DNA of 64,000 nucleotides from Octopus sinensis (GCF_006345805.1 NC_043001.1:113274001-113338000), one strand, 5' to 3'; positions 12,433-24,084 are shown, counted from the stretch's first letter. Numbers and translations are program-made. The notes: generated from the letters alone by a model not told the origin.

Positions 12433-13935
12433 AGGGGCGGTGAAATGGCTGAATCGTTAGCACGCTAAACAAAATGCTTAGCCGTATTTCACACATGTTT
12501 ACGTTCCGAGTTCAATTTCTGCCGAGGTCGACTTTGCCTTTCATCATTTTGAGGTTGAGAAATTAAGTACCAGTTGCGTACTGAGGTCGATCTAATCGAC
12601 TGGGCCCCTCTCTCAAAATTTCGGGCCATGTACCTTAGAGTAGAAAAGAATATGTTTCCAAAATAATTACCAGTTGAGCATTTAGGTCGATGTAATCCAC
12701 TAACTACCTCCTCCACAAATTGCTGGTATTTTGCCAAAAAGTTTGAAACCAATAGTTTGGTGCAGGTTATTGTATATGTTAAGGCGGCGAGCAGGCAGAA
12801 CCGTTAGCACGCCCATCTTTACGTTGTAAGTTCAAATTCCGTCGACGTCGACTTTGCCTTTCATTCTTTCCGGGTCGATAAAATAAGTACCAGTAAAGCA
12901 CTTGGATCGATGTAATCGATTAACCTTTCTCTTGGTCTTGTTCCAAAAACTAGAAGCCAACAGTCTGTTTGGTGAAGAATACTGTTTATTCTAGGGCGGC
13001 GAGTTGGAAGAATCGTTACCACGCTGGGCAAAATGTTTAGCGGCATTTCGTCCGTCTTTACGCTGTGAGTTCAAATTCCGCCGACGTTGACTTTGCCTTT
13101 CATCCTTCAGGGTCGATAAAATAAGTACCAGTTGAACACTGAGGTCGACGTAAATTAACTTATCTCTTCCACCGAATTTGCTGACCTCGTGCCAAAATTT
13201 GAAGCCAATATATATATGGCATTTCATAGCAAGTTATGCGAAAATAATGGTGTTGCAATTTAGGCGATTTTGAAGAGTGAGGGCTTAGTCAATACTATCG
13301 ATCGATCTCAGTATTTGGCTGATAATTGATATTGCAGACCCCAGGATGATGAAAGATAGAATTGATTTCGGCGAAATTTGAACTGAGAATGACAGATGCG
13401 GTAATATGTTAACGATTACGGATCGTCTCAGAGATAACATCATGAACAAGATATCTGTCTGTCTGTCTATTTGTCTGTCTCTCTGTCTGTCTATCTATCT
13501 GTCTGTCTGTCTGTCACTCTCTCTCTGTCTGTCTGTCTGTCTGTCACTCTCTCTCTCTTGTCTATCTATCTATAGAGGGAGTGAGAGAGAGAGAGAGGTG
13601 ATGACTATGCTGCGAACAACTTTGATAATTGGGCTGTTCTACCACAACTAACCTTGGGTTAAAGAACAGACGGAGCGGCTGTTGTGCATTCACTAACACC
13701 GTCCACAACTTCAACCACAGCCAGCAGCAGCAGCAGCAACAACAACAACAACCACCACTACCACCACCACAACCGCCAGTATCACTACAGCTATAGCCTC
13801 TAATAACGGTTTCAAATTTTTTCCACAAGGGGAGCAATTTGGGGGATGAGGACGAGTCGATTACATCGATCCCAGTTGTTCAACTTGTACATATTTTATC
13901 GACCCGAATTCATAAAAGGCAAAGTTGACCACGGC
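12433..13935. mobile_element. Cluster of six SINE family D copies or fragments (four +, two -)
   Basis: Repeated GGCGGCGAG heads and GACTTTGCCTTTCATCC...GTCGATAAAATAAGTACCAG domains near 12433, 12665, 12782 and 12993 (+) and near 13245 and 13800 (-). Confidence 0.85.
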
Positions 13936-14400
13936 GACCACCACCATGACCAACACGAATAACCGGTCCCATTACAATCCATCACCATTAACAGCAGCAG
14001 CAACAACAACAACAACAGCAATATCAACACCACTGGTAACGCAACTAATATGAACACCACCACAACCAGCGCCTCCACTATCGTAACCACCACCACCACC
14101 ACCGCCATGAGTATCAGCAACAGCACCACTACCACCACTACCATTAGTAGCAGCAGCAGTACCACCACCACTACCACCACCACCACCACTATCACCTGTA
14201 CCACTATCACCTGTACCACCACCACCACCACCACCACTACCAACACCACTACTACCACCACTACCACTACCACCACCACTACCAACACCACTACCAACAC
14301 CACTACCAACACCACTACCACAACCACCACCACCACCACCACCACCACCACCACTATCACCTGTACCACCGGTCTTGTTCCTATAACACCCACCAATAAC
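13936..14400. repeat. Degenerate (ACC)n/(ACT)n/(AGC)n trinucleotide tract
   Basis: Direct reading; gives poly-Thr/poly-Val ORFs. Confidence 0.9.
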
Positions 14401-14738
14401 GCCATAAGGAAATCCTTTATCTCTTGCCTGTCTCTACGCCTGTCTCTGTTTTCCTTCTGTCTTCTACACATGTCCTCACATTAACCCCTATTTCACCATG
14501 TGTCTCCCTAAATTTGTCCCAGCAACTGAACCCCACCAACCCGCCCGCTTCTCTACCCTAATTTCTTATTTTCTTATAAAGGTTCCTGGTTTTCATGGCT
14601 CATTCTTGAACTACTAACCCCTCGTGTCATTCTGTGTCAGTGCATTCATCATCTCCCATGTTCATTGTCGTCACCACCACTATCGCCATCATTTTCCTTC
14701 TCCTAGTCTCCCTCCTTCTCCCCTCCTACTATCTATCC

Positions 14739-14812
<74 letters not shown>

Positions 14813-14954
14813 AACTGACTGCTATCTGTTACTTTCTTTAATTCGTTCTCCATTGCTCTACATTTCTTTATCTTCATTTCCATCTTTCTTTCTTTCTTTC
14901 TTCCTTCGTTTCTTCCTTCCTTCCTTGCTTCCTTCCTTCCTTCCTTTCTTTCAT

Positions 14955-14990
<36 letters not shown>

Positions 14991-15620
14991 TCAATTTTGA
15001 TGTCTTTCTCCTCATTACTTCATTCTCTCTTTCTCTCTCTCTCATTCTACGACTCTTCTCTATGAATATCACTCTCTGACTCTTTCTCTATTCTTTATAT
15101 TCGATCTCTCTCTTTCCCCCCTATCTATCTCCTATCTTTCTGGACCTCTCTCTCTCTCTCCTCCTTATCGTTTTCCCTCCTTCGTACCTCTTTCCTCTCT
15201 TTGCTCCCACGCTCTCTCATCTTTCTGAATTTCGCATCCTCCTTCTTGTCGTCAATTTAACATTTCTCTCGATATATGATGATGCAGTTAGTTGAAAACG
15301 TTCGATCAGCTGAGGGTTATCTAAGCAATTAACCAATAAAAACTCCCTCTGGATATGTTGGAAATCTAAAAACAGCACGCACCCCTCTGGAGAGGTTTTT
15401 GTCTTAATTATATACATGGATAATTTCAGTTAATCGAAGTGTTTTCAAGTCACCATATTTCAGGAGACCTTACGTATGTGTGGACTTAGCTTTGATGACG
15501 CGTGTCTGAGTTATTTCCCCCCAGGCATAATTATTTATGTCCATAATAACTGAAGCTAAGTTTCCTATAACTCTCCTTACACGATTCCACGTATGATTGA
15601 GTGGGTTGTACGTCACCTAA

Positions 15621-15920
15621 GGTGACGGTGTGTCCGCTTAGTGATTAGGGTAAACGAACTCACGATCAAAACGTCGTGAGTTCGATTTCCGACGGCGCGT
15701 TGTGTCCTTGAGTAAGACACTTTATTTCACATTGCTCCAGTCTACTCAGCTGGCAAAAATGAGGTGTCCTGTAATTGAAAGGGCCGGCCTTGTCACATTC
15801 TGTGTCACGCGTTAAGGATTCGCTTGTCTGTGGACTGCTCAGCCACTTGCACGTTTATTTCACGAGAAACCTGATCATCAGATCAACTGGAGCTCTCAAT
15901 CGTCGTAACCGACGGAGTGC
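15621..15920 (+). mobile_element. SINE B3: family B head and CORE-like domain with family A 3' half
   Basis: CCTTGAGTAAGACACTTTATTTCAC followed by GGGCCGGCCTTGTCAC...CGTCGTAACCGACGGAGTGCC, then a (GTA)n tail. Confidence 0.82.
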
Positions 15921-15979
15921 CAATAGTGGAAGTAGTAGTAGTAATAGTCGTAGTAGTAGTAGTAGTAGTATGTTATCTG

Positions 15980-16365
15980 GATGGAAGCACTCCGTCGGTT
16001 ACGACGACGAGGGTTCCGGTTGATCCGAATCAACGGAACAGCCCGCTCGTGAAATTAACGTGCAAGTGGCTGAGCACTCCACAGACACGTGTACCCTTAA
16101 CGTAGTTCTCGGGGATATTCAGCGTGACACAGAAAGTGACAAGGCCGGCCCCTTGAAATAGGAAGTAAGAGTGAAACAGGAAGTAAGAGTGAGAGAAAGT
16201 TGTGGTGAAAGAGTACAGCAGGGATCACCACCACCCCCTGCCAGAGCCTCGTGGAGCTTTAGGTGTTTTCGCTCAATAAACATTCACAACGCCCGGTCTG
16301 GGAATCGAAACCGCGATCCTATGACTGCGAGTCCGCTGCCCTAACCACTGGGCCATTGCGCCTCC
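15980..16365 (-). mobile_element. tRNA-derived SINE, family A, full length
   Basis: 13-bp TSD TAGTATGTTATCT at 15966-15978 and 16368-16380; short internal tandem duplication of GGAAGTAAGAGTGA. Confidence 0.93.
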
Positions 16366-16944
16366 ACTAGTATGTTATCTAGGGCTTACAATAAAACTTG
16401 GTATTTCAATGAGTTATCTTTGCATAAATTATCCATATGTTTTAGCTCATTATAATAATAACTGCTGCTATATAGATTGAAGGCATTATTATAATTATTG
16501 TTTACAATATTAGTTTCTTCGAGTTGTTAAGTTTATTAAGTGACTTGAGGAGCCTGCTTTTCAGTAATGACTCAATATGGGTAAAAGATATTAACGATTC
16601 ACTTGATGTCATGATAAGTTGTTTTTTTGATTGAGCAGAGGCCAGTGATCAGACTAGATTATTCATCTTTGATAAGCCTAAATCTGCTTTTCATAAATTA
16701 GACTTAGGCATGTATAGAGATGAAGGTCTACCTATTTCTACTTCTACAAACGATAGCTATTGATACCTTAGATTAGGTAGGGGAAAAAACGCAACTTCTA
16801 GCTATTATAATAACGTCATTAATTTTGGTTCAACCTTTTATTTAGCAGCAGTTTAGCAATGTAACACCAATGCTATAAATAAGAGCTAAAATACTCTGAT
16901 GCTGCAGTCAACGAACATAATCGTATACATACATACTAACAGGC

Positions 16945-17104
16945 ATATATACGGCGGGCGACTTTCAGTTTCCGTCCAGTAAATCCACTCACAAAGCCTT
17001 GGTAGGCCCGAGGCTATAGTAAAAATCACTTGCCGAAAGTACTACGAAGTTAATCCGGAACCATGAAGTTGAGAGTAGCAATGTTCTTACCACACAGCCG
17101 CGCC
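16945..17104 (-). mobile_element. SINE family C 5' half, diverged
   Basis: TTTCAGTTTCCGTC...AATCCACTCACAAAGCCTTGG...CCGAGGCTATAGTA...TTACCACACAGCC. Confidence 0.75.
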
Positions 17105-17188
17105 ATACATACTAACATACATACATACATACATACATACATACATACATACATACTACGTACATAAATATATATGTATATATATATA

Positions 17189-17258
<70 letters not shown>

Positions 17259-17954
17259 TGTATACACAGGATGGTGAAAAGTAGGCATACCGTTATGAAA
17301 AAAGAAAACACGTACAATACTCATTTATTTTTATCAAAAAAAAAAACTAAAAATTAATGTAAAAGTATTTTATACAGTTATGATAAATGTATTATTATGA
17401 TTAATGACACTGAAAATATCAAAAATGAGATTAGCTTATTTAATGTGCTAATAATTTTAAAGAATTAAGTATTATAACATAGAATTAATTAAGTATTATA
17501 ACATATTATAACATATAACATATAAGTATTATAACATTCCTCCCCATGCCTGTCATCTATTATATCCCTGCTGTAAGGCTTCACTTTCTCACACGCCAGC
17601 TTAATATAATTCGTCCTTAGTCGAAAGACACCTGTTGTTAATGTCCTGTTATTTGCATTTGTATTTGTGTACCATTTCTCCGTTTTTTCCCGTCCTTGCT
17701 TTCGTATACATTCGCTGCTTTCTTCCAAGTAATCTAGTGCTCTTAGCTAAGTTTTTCCTTGGGGCTGGTCAGATTGGAGCAATCTCGAGTATAACCAGTC
17801 GAAATTGCAAAGATAATCTGGAACTCGATTGAGGAAAGAAAACTCCGAATGACCCGTCCTTGTTTTCTGTTGTCCCATTTTTGCATCATCTGTCTAGATG
17901 TTTTGCGTTCTTGTCCCATTTTTCATTCCTTTATATGTATATATATATATATAC

Positions 17955-18402
17955 ATAATTTACAAGATAAGGGCAAAAGAAAAATTCTAATGCCAAATAT
18001 GCCGAAAAAAAGACAAAAATTGTCAATAACCATTATAATTTATGCGTCTCGAAACAAACTGATAGAAATTTCTAAAAAATCCGTTATTACGGTATTGGTC
18101 CCAATTTCGGGGTTAATTCATAAGAATTTTCCCCTCTTCAGCGATAAATACGTGAGATATAAGTGAAATACTTACTCATACCCATGGAAAAAGCAAGTAC
18201 TAAGTCCTGAGCAGACCTAAGGGGAAAATTCTTATGAATTAACCACGAAATTGGGACCAATACGGTAATAACGGATTTTTTTAGAAATTTCTATCGGTTT
18301 GCTTCGAGACATATAAATTATAATGGTTATTGACAATTTTTGTCTTTTTTTTCGGCATATCTGGCATTAGAATTTTTCTTTTGCCCTTATCTTGTAAATT
18401 AT
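17955..18402. mobile_element. Fold-back Penelope-like terminal repeat pair
   Basis: About 180-bp inverted arms at 17955-18135 and 18220-18402; abuts (TA)n; carries a hammerhead motif. Confidence 0.85.
18087..18147 (-). ncRNA. Type I hammerhead ribozyme motif
   Basis: TTATCG-CTGAAGA-GGGG(AAAATTCTTATGAATTAA)CCCC-GAA-ATTGG(GA)CCAAT-A-CCGTAA; AUA triplet; one stem I mismatch. Confidence 0.78.
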
Positions 18403-18488
18403 TTATAGATTCAACCTTTAACAATATTTTTTTGATATGCTGGCCATTGATAAAATTTTTTTCCGAAAAAATTTTTATCCTACATTAG

Positions 18489-18563
<75 letters not shown>

Positions 18564-18581
18564 TATATATTAATATAGAAG

Positions 18582-18632
18582 AGCTTCTACAGGACTAGAA
18601 CTGTTTCATTCAAGAGAAATCTTCAGGAAGCT
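18582..18632 (-). ncRNA. Type I hammerhead ribozyme motif (left arm)
   Basis: Exact reverse complement of 18849-18899. Confidence 0.75.
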
Positions 18633-18848
18633 AGTTAACAAGAATTGTATTGGCATTTAAAAAGAATAAACTAAATAGAATAAAAGAATATATATTTATA
18701 TTTATTCTTCTATCTAATTTACCACTGACTCCTTGACCACTCCCCCAAGTATGATTTTTTTGCGCTATGCCTACCCCCAAAAAGTCCCCCACCACCACCC
18801 CTTTAAACCTGCTTAAATGTATAAATGCCAATACAATTCTTGTTAACT

Positions 18849-18899
18849 AGCTTCCTGAAGATTTCTCTTGAATGAAACAGTTCTAGTCCTGTAGAAGCT
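18849..18899 (+). ncRNA. Type I hammerhead ribozyme motif (right arm)
   Basis: AGCTTC-CTGAAGA-T-TTC(TCTT)GAA-T-GAA-ACAG(TTCTAGTC)CTGT-A-GAAGCT; 6-bp stem I, 4-bp stem III, GUA triplet; stem II closes with U-U. Confidence 0.75.
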
Positions 18900-19248
18900 C
18901 CTTCTATATAATAAATTAATTTTACTCTGCTATGTATTGAGTACCTTATTTACTGTGGTTAACCCCGAATCAACCCGGGACCTACATATGTATATATATA
19001 TATATATATATATATGATTTGATTTAATTTGATCTAGTTTCAGCTCATGAGCTGTGGCCATGGTGGGGCACCGCCATTTATGTATATATATATCCTGAAT
19101 ACAGACACACACACACACATATACAAATATATCTATATATATACATATATATACATACATATATATATGTATGTTTGTACATATATCCATACATACATAC
19201 ACTACACACAACACACACACAAACACACACACAAACACACACACACAC

Positions 19249-19288
<40 letters not shown>

Positions 19289-19304
19289 TTATATATATGT
19301 ATAT

Positions 19305-19462
19305 TGAGAAGACAATTGCAGCGTGGAAGGTGTTTGTAAGCCATTTAAGAAACACAAAAGCCGTTCAATTCACTTCAACATTTAAGTTTAATTTGTCAAA
19401 ATATTTTCGTCGCTTTGAGACCGCGACCTGTTCACTGACAAAAATCTGTGCTGCATCTCACT
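19305..19462 (-). mobile_element. Penelope-like terminal repeat
   Basis: Hammerhead-like motif at its 5' end; 3' end runs into (TA)n at 19290-19305. Confidence 0.65.
19392..19443 (-). ncRNA. Hammerhead-like motif with G3-C8 core
   Basis: TTTGTCA-GTGAACA-G-GTCGC(GGTCTCAAA)GCGAC-GAA-AATATT-T-TGACAAA; perfect 7-bp stem I, 5-bp stem II, palindromic stem III. Confidence 0.68.
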
Positions 19463-19523
19463 AGCTATGTAAGTACATATCCGTAAATATATTGAGAAGG
19501 TAATATTTATACTCCGATATATA

Positions 19524-19589
19524 CTTTATTTAAAGCAGCAGAAAATTCAACAACGGGTTTTGTTGAATTTTCTGCTGCTTTAAATAAAG
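19524..19589. repeat. Perfect inverted repeat, 30-bp arms, 6-nt loop
   Basis: CTTTATTTAAAGCAGCAGAAAATTCAACAA / TTGTTGAATTTTCTGCTGCTTTAAATAAAG. Confidence 0.95.
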
Positions 19590-20165
19590 CATATTACTCT
19601 ACCACTGGTATTTGAGTACTCTTTTTTCCACCTTGTTTCACATTTATGTGTTTACTCCGGTGTACTCTGATATATATGTAGATTCACATAATATATACGT
19701 ACGCTTCTTTGTTAATCCTATGTGTTATAGCTTCGTAATCCCCCCACCCAACACCAACCCACCAAAGCTTTCAAGATTCAAATATATTATTTCTTTATTG
19801 TCTTGGTGTACCTGTGACCTGTTAAACGGTTCCCAAACTAAAAGCATTCTACAAAATTGCTTACTTATGTGTTAAATTAAGAAGAATCGTTTAAGTAGAT
19901 GAAAGCTGATTTTTCAACATCACGGTATGCCTAGCAGAGTAAGTTTGACAATGATTAATGAATCCGATATTGCAGTTAGTTCGAATATTATTCTCTCTCT
20001 CTCTCTCTATATATATATATACCCCAAAATTTGGGCGTATTTCTAATGTCTAATTTGAGAGAGAGTCTATGTATGTCTGTTTGGTTCAGTATCACTGAAC
20101 TATTTCATTCTAATAATTTTCTTTACATCAGCTTAATAATATATATATATATATATATATATATG

Positions 20166-20218
<53 letters not shown>

Positions 20219-20221
<3 letters not shown>

Positions 20222-20421
20222 ACATACATATAAGAGGGAATTACCACTATGTGGAAACCCTTATGCTACAAGAAGATCCGCTATGGTCTTACCACTAAGA
20301 ATTGTTCTGTAGAAAATTTAGCAAACACCAGAGAACAATTTTTAGTGGTAAGACCATAGTGGATCTTCTTCTAGCATAAGGATTTCCACATAGTGGTAAT
20401 TCTCCCTTATATGTATGTAAT
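20219..20421. repeat. Fold-back, about 90-bp arms, 23-nt spacer
   Basis: 20219-20308 is inverted at 20332-20421; both outer ends finish in TATGTATGTAAT. Confidence 0.92.
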
Positions 20422-20514
20422 AATATTTACAGAATCTCACTTTTTTAATATGTTAAACCACTGGTTTAACATATATTTATCAAATTAACATCAAATTTTT
20501 CACCCTCATTTAAA

Positions 20515-20547
<33 letters not shown>

Positions 20548-21171
20548 CTCTGCTTAACATCTAAATATTTATTCTGTAATACTCGTAGTCACGTATATAC
20601 TATTTTTAATCGGAAGAAATTCATAAAACTGACTCATGACCCGAGAGTTTCGGGCACGACACTTATCTGTATTCATGAAACTCTCGGTCCTTGTGTCACC
20701 CTTGTAGCTTCGTGGTGATCTGAAATAATAATAAAAAATATATATATATTCATGCACTGTGTTTTGCTTATGCTGTTTGTCTGTTCTACCAAATACACGC
20801 ACGCACGAATGTACGCACGTACTCAAGTTTGCACGCCCGCACGCACGTACACACACACACACACACACACATACATACACACACAGGTACATCTGATGTA
20901 TATACAAGTTTGGTGGAACAAACAAACAAGGGTAAGACAAGATAAGTAAGACTACGCAATTTCCATTGAAACCACATGATACGACAGTTCCATCTGCAGG
21001 TTGTGACGAAATTATCGCCTACCAATATAATCTGTATTTGTTGTAGCAGCTAACTTCTAGACGGGATTTCTCCGGACGATAACCGCATTCTATTCTACGG
21101 CATTCAAACCAAGTTAAGTTTTGTGCTAACACACATACACATATACATACATGTGTGTATATATAATATAT

Positions 21172-21222
<51 letters not shown>

Positions 21223-21806
21223 AATACATATATATATATGTTTATATGCTAACATAACGGGGCAGTCTTGTAAAGGATGGTGATACTGCTGTTTTAGCCC
21301 AAAGAAAACATCATATTTATATACAATTGTTAAAGAAGACAATAACCGTTAAGGCAAGGCAACATCTCAAACCCCCATACTTTGTGTGTGTGTGTGTATA
21401 TATATATATATGTATATATATATATTACATATGCATACACATACATATGTATACACACACATATGTATACGCACACACGCACATACACATATATACATGC
21501 ATATGCATATATGGTGCAGGGCGTCATAAACCGCAAACAACATGAAATACGAAAACAAATGAGTTGATACGCAAAAAAAAAACGAAAAAAAAAACGAGAG
21601 AAACAAATGAAAAGCAGGTTTGAATTCTAAATCTAAGAGTAACAAAAAAAAGAGGCAGAGTTATACATATCTGAATTTTTACTACTTATTACAATGATCC
21701 TAGTTAGCCATGTATAATATCATTTCATCCTTATTTGAAATTCTCAGCATGACAAATAAATTATACTAAATTAAAAACTTTACTAAGCGATGTAGTTTAA
21801 AAGGCA

Positions 21807-22045
21807 TTAATGTCTCGCATAAAAACTCTTCAGGCACGGCGATCTGGATGATGCTGTTACTGACCGTGTCGTGGTAGGAGATGCGTTGTAAACAAAACAG
21901 TAACAAGAAGACTGTGGAAGATAACCAAGAAATTTGTATTCATTACTAAAATCCCCGCTGCTACTACCATCATATTGTACATGACCCCCAACGGCAGCAG
22001 GGCTTGCGGTTTCAGTTCTATACTGTATAGCCATCAAATAGCGTA
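21807..22045 (-). CDS. Weak candidate exon, unknown product
   Basis: Strong acceptor TTTATTTCTTCCCTTAACAG; 79-codon non-repetitive open frame (RYLMAIQYRTETASPAAVGG...KSFYARH*); GC higher than flanks. Confidence 0.3.
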
Positions 22046-22492
22046 CTGTTAAGGGAAGAAATAAACATCGTCAGCGTTATTTCGATGGAAAGCTGATAGA
22101 AGGAAAGAAGAACCCATAAATAGGTGCACGTGTGAATAAATATAAACAAACACTGACATTTATTTGTCCCTGTTTTGCATATCGCAATACACTTTACGCT
22201 TAGTGTCTCTAACGGATATTTATAAATTCCGTTATAAATTCGAGTAAACTTATACTTGATTCAAAACATCCACTTCCTTCAATTCCTTTTCCTTTTGCAA
22301 TTTTAATAATATGGAAATATTTTCATTTAGTGAATGGGGTGAAGATTTTTTTTCTAAATTTTAAAATATTTTGTAGCAGAGTCAATGATGACACACGTAT
22401 TACTTGTATACAAAGCTAAACAAATAATTCTTGAAAGCATCTTATTTCTCTCTGGCCTTAAGATTTTTTTCCATATTTCATGTTTGATGTTC

Positions 22493-22545
<53 letters not shown>

Positions 22546-23564
22546 TTTTTTTTTTTCATTATGAATATTAAAATAAACGCAGACTCAGTTTGTAGATTTC
22601 GTTCTGATTCCAAGATTGATTTCTTAAAGAAAATTCAAAATGCTAATAAACAAAAATAAAAAAATAATCTAGAAAGAAAAACAAACTTGAGTGAGAAAAG
22701 ATATTAACTTTCTTTCACAGATGAAAATGTTGAAGGTGAAGTTTTACAAAATATTTTCTGCAAGTTAGAATCATACTCTCAATACGCATGTCACATTACA
22801 GCCCGGAAGGAAGTCAGCTGCAGCCATTTATTTCCCTATATATTTTTTTTTTGTATTTTTTTTATGGAGTACAAACTGTGTATGTTGCTAGAATTACTTT
22901 CTTTCTCTAGTCCATACCTTTCAGGTCTGTCCTTCTTGAATCAACGATTTACAGCTGTCTCTTTATATTCAATGCTTCTTTCTTTCTTTTTCTAAATGTT
23001 TAAAACTCATCCATAATATGCAAACCACCTTACTGCCAATAAGGAAGCCAGAAGGAAAAATATTTTCTTTGAATTTCAAATATTTTTCACCGTCAGGATT
23101 ACATTTTTTCTTATTCAAATGACAACATCAACGCAAAAAACAAAGACAAAAAAAAAAACAAAACAAAACAAAAAAAAAAAACCCACTACTATTGAATGTA
23201 AAAAAGATAAATAAATATAAATATAAATATATATAAATATAAATTAAATGTAAAAAAGATATATAAATATAAATAAAAAAAAGGCAATAAGATGCGCGGC
23301 TAAAGTTTTAAATCTTTCAAATGTCAACAGGAGACCTCCAGCTTTTTTTTTATATTTTCCCATATTTTTTTTTGCCATACTAAAGGCTGATGGTATTGAT
23401 CGTTTTTTTTTCCGTATTATTGTTTTGTTTATTTATTAATCCTTTTTACTTGCTTTTGAAATGAGTATGTATGTGTCCACTAATGCGCATGTCAGTAAAC
23501 AATCTCGACTGGAACCTAGCAGCAATTCTAAATATTCATAATTCAAAAATAAATAACAATACAC

Positions 23565-23863
23565 TCATGCATGCATGCATGCATGCATCCATCCATCCAT
23601 CCATTCATCCATCCATCCATCCATCCATCCATCCATCCCATACATACAGGATTACTTATATACACACACAGATATACACTTACATATATTTTAGTATATA
23701 TATATAACATTTTATTATTTATATATATACACACACATAGATACATACATACGTTTATACGTATGTATGTTTATATATATATTATAAAATATTTATACAT
23801 GCATTCACACATACACATATACATATGTAAATACATTCGTATGAAAGTATACATGTATCTATG

Positions 23864-23912
<49 letters not shown>

Positions 23913-24038
23913 TATATATTATATATATATATATATATATATTTCACACACACATATATATATATATATTACATGTATATATATATATATATACATATAT
24001 ATTTACTACATATATATATATATATATATTATTATATA

Positions 24039-24084
<46 letters not shown>

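Larger units (their letters stand above)
18574..18908. mobile_element. ORF-less fold-back element with twin hammerheads
   Basis: About 86-bp near-identical inverted arms at 18574-18659 and 18822-18908; 162-bp spacer; TA flanks. Confidence 0.88.

Noticed and set aside
12433-13210. Repeat-spacer appearance suggesting a CRISPR-like array
   Set aside because: The units are 150-230 bp diverged SINE copies in eukaryotic DNA, with no cas genes.
20628-20690. CCGAGAGTTTC/GAAACTCTCGG hairpin with GAAAC...GTC
   Set aside because: No CUGANGA-type core in a valid position; only an 11-bp stem.
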